Made by a program: the position numbers and the translations under genes | The notes under the pieces: generated by a model | Databases searched by the model: none | What the model was told of the DNA's origin: nothing | Seen by the model: only the letters and a program-made list of their open reading frames with translations | Part shown: in pieces, positions 1-7,087 of the stretch | How the letters are laid out: each line of letters opens with the position of its first letter | Numbering within the stretch: the first letter of the stretch is position 1 | From: Vitrella brassicaformis CCMP3155 | Taxonomy: Eukaryota; Protista; Chromerida | Reading direction: 5' to 3' | NCBI GenBank assembly: GCA_001179505.1 | Contig: CDMY01000965.1 | Coordinates: forward strand, 1-7,841 | Length of the DNA stretch: 7,841 nucleotides

Positions 1-74
1 GCCGCCGGCCACCGCCACACACGAGGCGGCCGTCCACACAGAGGACACCGATCCAGCAGCCCACCAGCAGCAGC
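1..74 (+). repeat. Terminal direct repeat, left copy (identical to 7768-7841)
   Basis: Base-by-base identity over 74 nt: gccgccggccaccgcc...ccaccagcagcagc. Confidence 0.97.
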
Positions 75-457
75 AGCAGCCAGGGGGAGAGGCCATCAAG
101 CCACCCCACTGGGCAGAGACCGGCCAGCGGCCCTCCGCCACTGACACAGACAGAGACAAGACGGCCTCTTCCTCCCTCGTCAGCACACAGAGGGGCTACT
201 CGGCCGCCTCCCCATTGGCCACTGCTCGCGGCGGCTACTCTTGGGTTGTGGCCGGCGGCTTCGTGTTGGTGCTGGGGGCCCTCTATGGCGTGGTGCGCGT
301 GTGGCGGAGGACACACTCACACGGCTCACACGGCCACGGGCAGGTGTCTGCTTCCCGTGTGTCTGGTGGCCATGGCGGAAGGGGCCAGCAGCACCGACAG
401 AATGGCTACGATTTGGTACCCCAGACATTCGCCGACGAAAGCGATGACTGGGGATAA
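1..457 (+). CDS. Gene A, 3' part: polyQ, transmembrane helix and acidic cytoplasmic tail ending ...DESDDWG*
   Basis: Frame 2 is open from base 2 to TAA at 455-457 (PPATATHEAAVHTEDTDPAAHQQQQQPGG...). A hydrophobic stretch SWVVAGGFVLVLGALYGVV (239-295) is followed by a basic stop-transfer RVWRR. An in-frame intron at 344-400 (GT..AG, 57 nt) is possible. Confidence 0.75.
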   Translation, partial: PPATATHEAAVHTEDTDPAAHQQQQQPGGEAIKPPHWAETGQRPSATDTDRDKTASSSLVSTQRGYSAASPLATARGGYSWVVAGGFVLVLGALYGVVRVWRRTHSHGSHGHGQVSASRVSGGHGGRGQQHRQNGYDLVPQTFADESDDWG

Positions 458-659
458 AATGAAAGATGGTGTGAGGGTGTCTGTGATGTGATGTGATCCA
501 GACACGGAGATGAAGCTTCGGGGTCTCTGTCTGTCTGTACAGCCAACAGAACGAACAGATAGTTCACACCCGCTACGGGCCAACACACACGCGAAACCGG
601 CAAGTCAAGCCAATCAGCCATCCAGTGTCAGGGTCTCCCCAGATGTCTGGCTGTCTATC

Positions 660-676
660 TGTGTGTGTGTGTGTGT
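660..676. repeat. (TG)n microsatellite in the convergent A/B intergenic region
   Basis: Seen directly in the sequence. Confidence 0.85.
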
Positions 677-1103
677 TTGTTTGTCCATATGGCGGACATT
701 GGACGCATGTTATTTGGATGGCAAAGGTCCGCGTCTGTGTTGGCGGCGTTGGGCTCAATTGACCGATGAGCACCCGCTGTGCACTCAGGAAGCCGACCAT
801 CCAAACACACACACACGACAAGAGGGGCAGTCTGAAGTCTATCAGGCACACCACCCGCCCCCCAACACGCACAACCAAACCCAACGAACACCGAAGCAGA
901 CACCCGCACGTCAACTGGAACCGACACAGACACCAAATAGACAGAAAGACACACCGCACACATCAGGTCATGGCACACTTATCTCCCCCGCCCTTTGATC
1001 TCTCTGCACCGCAACACAAAAGTGGCAGCTGCTGTCTGTCAGGCAAACCCAGCTGGACAGACGAAAGGCCTTACACACTCCACACACATCAGACCAGAAA
1101 ACC

Positions 1104-2132
1104 CTATCGCTTGTACTTCTTCATGATCCCTCTGATCTCCGGCCTGCCCTCCCCCCAATCCCACGGCGTCTTCCCCTGTTGTGATGAGATGAGATGAGAT
1201 GAGATGAGCACACACCACTCAGCCCATCGATGGTGTGAATGTCTGTGTGCACTCACCCTGTTGTTTTTGATGTCCAGCAGAGCACCGCCCCCCCACTCGA
1301 GCCTTTGAGAATGACACACACAGACACAGAGAGAGAGAGAGAGAGGATGAGATGTTCGCGTCAGTCAGTCATCTGTATCGCCCACAGCTGAGACACAGCC
1401 GCAGATTTGTCCCAGTGTGCAGCCCAATGGAGTGCCGTGTCTCCGTCCTGTGTGTGTCATGCACACAAAGGCAAAGGCAATCAATCAGTGAGAGAAGACT
1501 GTGTTGTCTCACCTTGTCCGTCTGTGTGAGCAGGTCCTTTCGTTTGGCATACAGGGCCTTCAACACATCGACGTGACCCTTGTTGCAAACCGCCATTATG
1601 AATGGCGTCTTGCCATCCTGCAATCAACACACACACGCACACAATCGACACACTGAGGCGTCAGAGACATGTGTGTGCTCTGTTACCTTGTCGCGTGCAT
1701 CGATCAGTTTGGGATCCCACTCCAGCAACTTATTGACCGCCGCAGCATGGCCCTTCATGGCAGCATAGTGCATGGCATTCCAACCATACGGCTGCATTCC
1801 ATCACAGCCAACACACATTTTCTCTCACCATCAGCAGTACACAAGATGGTTTGTCTGTGTTGGTACCGAGGTCTCTGTTTGCTGCAGTACGTCAGGTTTG
1901 CTCTCATACATAGCCGACATGACGCCCACGTGACCCTCCCATGCAGCCTTGAGAAAGGGTGTCCACTGCCGAAATGAGAACACACAGACAGACGACTGAG
2001 GGAACTTCTGTCGTCTTCACGATTGCATACCTCGTTGTTGTCTCGTTTGTCGAGTATGTTCTTGCCATCCCTCTTGATCAGTAAACGAACGGACTGCTCA
2101 TCGGCGAACTTGACGGCATCAAACATGTCAGT
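1104..2132 (-). other. Ankyrin repeat region of gene B (~6 repeats, terminal ones partial)
   Basis: TDMFDAVK..., [51 protein letters not shown] and GKTPWDW match the G-x-T-P/A-L-H-x-A ankyrin consensus with 33-37 aa spacing. Confidence 0.92.
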
Positions 2133-4093
2133 CTGCCACACAACCAGCACAAGAACAGCGGCCCATTGACGTGTGGGGTTCAGCTGCTGTCTCCCTGACG
2201 TGTTTGATCTTCGGCTGTGGGGCGCCCGGCGGTGTCTTCACTGACGGCTGCTGGGCGGGGGGCGCTGCACGGCACACAGATCATGTGGTGCTGTGGCTCT
2301 GTGTGTGTGTGTGTGTGTCTCATAGACCTATGTGCTGTGAGGGCGGCTGAGAGGCCTTAGCCACACTCGGCGGTCCCGTTGTGGTGCTGGCCGTGCTCAT
2401 GTGGACACCCGACGAGTGCCCGACGGCAGACACATTGGTGGACGATGCACCTGTCGGAGAATGCGAAACAGCCGCTGGAGGCCAGAACGAGACAAAATGA
2501 CAAACACGTATGCGATCGATCGTGTGCAGCTTAAGCATGTGTAGACGCACCTTGTCGTTTGAAACTTCCTAATAGCCACCCCATCGGGCCCTTCCGCGAC
2601 TGCGTTGCAGCCCCCGTCCCCTGTTCAATTGCGGGCGTCCCCTCATGAGTTCCAGGAATGTCCGAGATCCCCAGCGAGTCGAGAATCTGTCATCAAGACG
2701 GAACAATAATACGTACCCCTCCTCCTTCCCTCTCTGAGTGAGTGCATGTGACTTGTTTGGCTGTGGGCCGATCAGCGGGGTTTCGGGCAAAGCAACTCTG
2801 ATACAACGTCCATCCCACACAGTGAGAGACAAGAACCGCTGAGCTCAGCAATCGACGTTGGAGTAGCATAATATCTGTTTACCTTGATGACCCCTTTGGC
2901 CTTTGCGGGAACGGAGTTGGGGATCTCGGGCGCCTGGAAATAGCCGCAATCACATGCTGTCACGTTCCATGCATCTCCTTTGAATCACCTCTCTGTAGTT
3001 GACGACTTTCTCCATGAGTTCGTCCATCGAGACGCCGTGCAGCTGACAAATGATGACTCCGACGGCCCACATATCCGCCTTGGTGGTCAGTTTAGCTGTG
3101 GAACACGTCACGCCATTCATTGATGTGGCGTCATTTAGGTGGCGCTTACCGTTCGTTTTAAGCGCCTCTGGAGGCATATACAACCACGTCCCAGCAGCTG
3201 CATGTAGACGTGTGACATACACATAGATTTAGGCATCCTTCTCATATGTGTCTCTCTTTACCGCCTTGCACGGACATCGCCGTCTTGCTCAGATCAATCA
3301 CCAGGCCAAAGTCCGTGATCCTGATTATCAACTCTTTGGTCACCTGCATTGCAAACAAACGGCAAATGAACGGTCAAAAGGAATGACAGCTCAGTGTGCA
3401 GCTTACCAGTATGTTGTCGGGTTTAAGATCGCGATGGACAATGTCAAAGTTGTGAAAGGCTTGCACGCCCTCGCAAATCTGTCATCGAGAGGCGGTCTTC
3501 ATTCGGGTCAGTTTGCTCTCTTTGGTGTGTCACCTGTTTGATGAATTTGTCACGGAGGTCGGCTGGCAGCGGCTTCCCTGTCTCGAGGTACGCCTGCAGC
3601 GGGCCGGCCTCGCACAGCTCTGACGCAGAAAGGCGACAAGCAGGCAGAATGTGACAGGAAGACCAGCCAAAGAGAGGGTCTTTACTCCTAGTACCTGTGA
3701 CGATTATGGGCCCGTAGGTCCTGTGTGAGCAGATGCCCAGGAACTTGATGACATTCGGGTGCTTCAGGTACAGCACCAAGGGCTCCACCTCCTTCAAGAC
3801 GTCATCGTAGAGCTCCTGTGCCAGTGAACAGATGACAGCAGCTTCTGTCAAAGGTGTCACTGACAATAATGTGGGTTCCTCACATTCAGATCTGCTTGGC
3901 TTCTTTTCCCCTCCGCGACGACCTTGACAGCCACAGGGTGACCCTTCCACTTACCCTTGTACACAATCCCGAAGGTCCCTCCCCCTGTAGTCGCACGACA
4001 TCAGGCTCAGTGATGACATCTATCGCTACATGAAGGTCTCGAGCTCACCGAGTTTGTCTGCCTCACTGAATGTGCACGTGAGCTCCTTGGGAC
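1104..4093 (-). CDS. Gene B: Ser/Thr protein kinase (TKL-like) fused to C-terminal ankyrin repeats; spliced, 20 exons, 5' end unresolved
   Basis: Manually spliced exons (transcript order): 4093-4049, 3984-3884, 3815-3695, 3619-3534, 3478-3407, 3343-3262, 3197-3150, 3095-2989, 2933-2883, 2797-2753, 2686-2551, 2450-2328, 2264-2200, 2132-2031, 1965-1867, 1791-1687, 1617-1513, 1447-1386, 1302-1257, 1175-1104. All 19 introns are GT-AG, 54-100 nt and phase-consistent, giving about 556 aa to TAG at 1106-1104. Kinase motifs are in order: [59 protein letters not shown]. The start codon was not confidently located. Confidence 0.92.
1186..1208. repeat. (GAGAT)4.6 pentanucleotide microsatellite in the last intron of gene B
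   Basis: gagat gagat gagat gagat gag, inside intron 1176-1256. Confidence 0.9.
2300..2318. repeat. (TG)n microsatellite in gene B intron 2265-2327
   Basis: Seen directly in the sequence. Confidence 0.85.
2753..4093 (-). other. Protein kinase catalytic domain of gene B, apparently catalytically intact
   Basis: The Gly-rich loop, VAVK lysine, alphaC Glu, HRD-x-K-x-x-N catalytic loop, DFG and PPE (APE equivalent) are all present. HRDLK indicates Ser/Thr specificity. [22 protein letters not shown] and VTELC resemble TKL kinases. Confidence 0.9.
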
Positions 4094-4208
4094 CTATGCG
4101 GAGGCGGGGTTGCAGATCAGACGCCACAACAGAGGGGGAACTGGCAGCGGTCCGGTGGGAGACTGGGGGACCCCCACTTGGCCCACACGGAGTCTCTACC
4201 GTCCAGCG

Positions 4209-6674
4209 ATGACAGATCTCGGCAAGAGTTCCTCGCTTCGGATTCTCAACAAAACGAACCTCGATGCATCGGTATTGCTCTTGGTGTTTGAAGCAATATG
4301 GCGTAAGAGAACACTAGTAGGGGTGTGCTGTGTGTGTCAGGTGAAGCTTGTTCCTGTGGCTGAGCTCAAGAAGGTGCGGGAGCAGCTCAAAAAGGCCGAG
4401 AAGAAGTACGACAGGCAGGCTCTCGAAGGAGGGATCAATGTGGGGTTGGGTGACGTCGAGTTGGGCGTCAAAGCAGGGCGGGAGAAAGAGACCGGGTAAG
4501 AACCTGAAGCGAGCAGGGGAATCCTTGTGTCCTTTTCTTTGTTTCCTCAGTCAAGAACAAGAGAAGGAGATGGAAGTAGAGATCGAGTTTGGCTTCTTCC
4601 GTTTGGCAGAGGACTGGCAGCTGCTCGATGCTGGCGCAGAGACGACTCTGGACACCTACACTCCCTGCTGCATCTCCATCTTCATCGACGGCAGCAAACA
4701 CCAGGTCGTCAACCGCATGATCCACCCAGACCGGCTGCGGGATGAGAACGGCATCGTCTTCGTCAAGGCCAACCCTCCTTTTCAGCCTCACAACAAGTAC
4801 TTCCGTCTCCAGAAGAACACAGAAGCCCCACCCTTCCGGCTGCACAACCTCAGCACTCGCTCGGTCCTCACGGCTGTGCCCGGTGTTGGGCTTGGCGAGG
4901 AGGCTTCTGTCGTCATGAAACCGAAGGTCCCCACCAAATCAGGGCAGCCCTCTGACCCGTCGCAGCTCTGGATGGCCCACGAAGATGATCTCTGTGACAG
5001 ACAGACATTTCTTCTTCGGCCTGTTGCCTTCCCGCATCTGACACTGAGGGTCAACAAGAAGTCGCTCGGTCTGGTGTTGGACCATCCCACCATCGGGAGA
5101 GACCCGGCTGACGCAAAGGGGGAGGCGAAATACGAGCAGTGGGAGAAGACGGAGTCTCGTGAGGGTCCTGAAGCCGAGCCTTTCAGTCTGTGTCAGTTTC
5201 TTTCTGCCTGCTGCAAGCCCCCGGTTCCGAAACAGGAAGTGCTTGTGGGACGGCGCGGCAGCGCAGACTATGGCGGGCCGCTGACTCTGTCGTGTGTGGG
5301 CCTACCGGAGCATCTCATGTGTGCGGCCGAGGACATGCTTGTGATGAAGGAGCACGAGAAGCGGACGGCTCACGTGTGGCAGGCCAGTGTACCAATCGTC
5401 GTCAAAGGTACCCATCGGCTGTGGGGAGGGCTGCTCCATTAAGGTGTTGGGTAGGTCTTGGACTCTTGGCTTGTCCTCAGGGGAAACGGTGCCGATCGAT
5501 CGCAAAGGGGCAGCTCAGGACACAGAGACGACAGCAAGCAAAGAGGTAAGGATACGTTGCGGATGGATTCCGTGCCTTTTTTCTCGTGTCTCCTTTTTCA
5601 GAAGACCATCTTTGATGTCTGCGCCGAGGGCGACCTGAAGGAGCTGATCAACTTCATCACCAAGGAGCCCAAGTGTCTCGAAGAGGCTGACGATGACGGT
5701 ATCACGCCCCTGCACTACAGCGCCCAAAACGGCCGGAAGGAGGTGATAAAGGAGATTGTCGAGCGAGGAGGGAAACATCTGATCGAGAAGCGCACGAATG
5801 TCCAGTCGGAGCCCACTCCCATACACCTGGCGGCAAAAAGAGGGCATGTCTCCGTGGTGAATCTGCTGCTGGACCTGAGAGGAGAGCACCTCCTGAAGAT
5901 CAAGGACAAGGTCAGTGTCTCAGGCGCAGACAGAGAAAGAAGTGCCCATCATCGTGTTGTCTGCCGCTTGCTGCGTTCAGTACGGTCGTACGATCGCCAG
6001 CGTCGCTGCGGAGGAGGGACAGCTGGCGGTGCTCAAGGCCATTGTCAATCGAAAGAGCGTCGGCTTTATCCTCTCACTCGAATCAAGCGTAGGCACTTCG
6101 AGTGTCGTCTCTCTTCTGAGCCTTCTGTATACATGTTCTCTTTTCAGGGCCGCACTATCTTCCACGACGCGGCACTTGGCGGCGACATAGGTGTGTTGCA
6201 GCAGCTGATGAAGTGGAGCGGCAGTCGTGATGTGCTGAAGGTCGGTGACAAAGTTGGCATGACGCCCTTGCACATGGCTGCCAGCGGCAATCGTGTGGAG
6301 GCCATAGAATATCTGCTGAAGGAAGGAGGAGTGACGCTGCTCCAGAAGACCAACACGCTTGGCGGAGACATCCGAGACATTTGTCATCACTCTTTTCTCT
6401 TCATCCCTTTTGCGTGCAGCTCGGCAACACCCCAATGCACATGGCGGGTATGCAGGGGCACAGGGAGGCGGTCATCTGCATGGTCAACAAGCAAGGCGGC
6501 CGCGAGCTCCTCAAAAAAACCAACAAACACGTAAATGGGCCGACACAGAGCCATGGCGAAGCAATTTCTCTCCCCGTCTCTGTGTGTGTGTGTGTAAAGG
6601 GGAAGACGCCGATCGATTTGGCAAAGTGGAGGGGCCATGAGGATTTAGCGACAGAGTTGGAGCGTATGGTCTAA
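4209..6674 (+). CDS. Gene C: unknown N-terminal domain + ricin-B-like beta-trefoil + ~8 ankyrin repeats; spliced, 9 exons, ~650 aa
   Basis: Exons: 4209-4271, 4341-4495, 4551-5407, 5481-5545, 5602-5910, 5981-6088, 6148-6357, 6420-6530, 6600-6674 (1953 nt, TAA at 6672-6674). Phases are consistent and acceptors are pyrimidine-rich. One donor (6358) is non-canonical; a canonical alternative lies at 6331. The ATG at 4209 is the likely start but is unproven. Confidence 0.82.
4795..5379 (+). other. Putative ricin-B-like (beta-trefoil) lectin domain in gene C
   Basis: Three internally similar segments end in (Q/H)xW-type motifs: FRLHNLSTRSVLT...PSQLW, FLLRPVAFPHLTLRV...LVL...YEQW and LTLSCVGLPEHLMC...LVM...AHVW. 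Recognised by eye only; no HMM was run. Confidence 0.5.
5602..6674 (+). other. Ankyrin repeat region of gene C (~8 repeats)
   Basis: KTIFDVCAEGD, GITPLHYSAQNG, PTPIHLAAKRGH, GRTIASVAAEEGQ, GRTIFHDAALGGD, GMTPLHMAASGN, GNTPMHMAGMQGH, GKTPIDLA. Confidence 0.92.
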
Positions 6675-7087
6675 TAGAGACAGACATAGCGCTGTGAGTG
6701 CTACTTGACTTATGCTGTCAAATAGGGTGACGCCCGCCTTAGTTTCATTTGTCTTCTAGTAGACCGTAATCAAGCAGCCAATCGACCAAGGGTTATACAA
6801 GGCGTCAATTGGCGTGAGCTGCGTGTCTCCGCAGCCTTCTGCGTGAGCAGTTGAGCATTCCAGCTGGGCAGCATATTGCAATGCTGAGAGAAGCAGTCGG
6901 TGCAGCCCAGACACACATGAGATGAGCGGGCGGGCGGACATCCCATTAACATTGCTGACAGAACGAACAGATAACGGCTTCAGACCCAAGACGAGACGAC
7001 GGGCGAACTCAGAGAGCTGTCTCGTGATCGATTCAGAGCCCAAAAGACACAGACGCAGAGAGAGACTTACTGGCGTCCCTGAGGGCC

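Noticed and set aside
1-74. Terminal repeats as LTRs or phage terminal repeats
   Set aside because: The repeat lies inside a coding exon, lacks TG...CA ends, PBS or PPT, and no gag/pol, integrase or phage genes are present. Circular or tandem overlap explains it better.
510-998. 162-aa ORF and overlapping ORFs (573-959, 655-978, 766-1197) in the A/B convergent spacer
   Set aside because: They run through (TG)n/(CA)n low-complexity sequence (CVCVCV, HTHTH), show no domain motifs and have no consistent splice structure. Most likely 3' UTR or intergenic.
2687-2716. Alternative donor gtacgt giving an [18 protein letters not shown] insertion in the kinase
   Set aside because: It would need a 30-nt intron, far below the 54-100 nt range here. 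The upstream donor gives the canonical RPTAKQILDSL.
4468-4845. Antisense ORFs over gene C and gene A (4468-4845, 4788-5093, 5515-5889, 5977-6435, 7462-7743, 7508-7831)
   Set aside because: These are shadow ORFs typical of GC-rich coding sequence, with no recognisable motifs.
4348-5442. 364-aa ORF as a stand-alone gene
   Set aside because: Its first ~68 aa are an off-frame reading of exon 2 plus an intron. The real coding part is exon 4551-5407, which splices in phase to the ankyrin exons.
5458-6534. 358-aa ORF as a single unspliced ankyrin gene
   Set aside because: It reads through introns and uses the wrong frame in 5911-6147 and after 6357. Splicing restores regular ankyrin repeats.
6756-7043. 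Minus-strand ORFs (95 aa and 60 aa), one containing a TPIDA ankyrin-like word
   Set aside because: No further ankyrin consensus, no convincing splice partners and no supporting exon chain.
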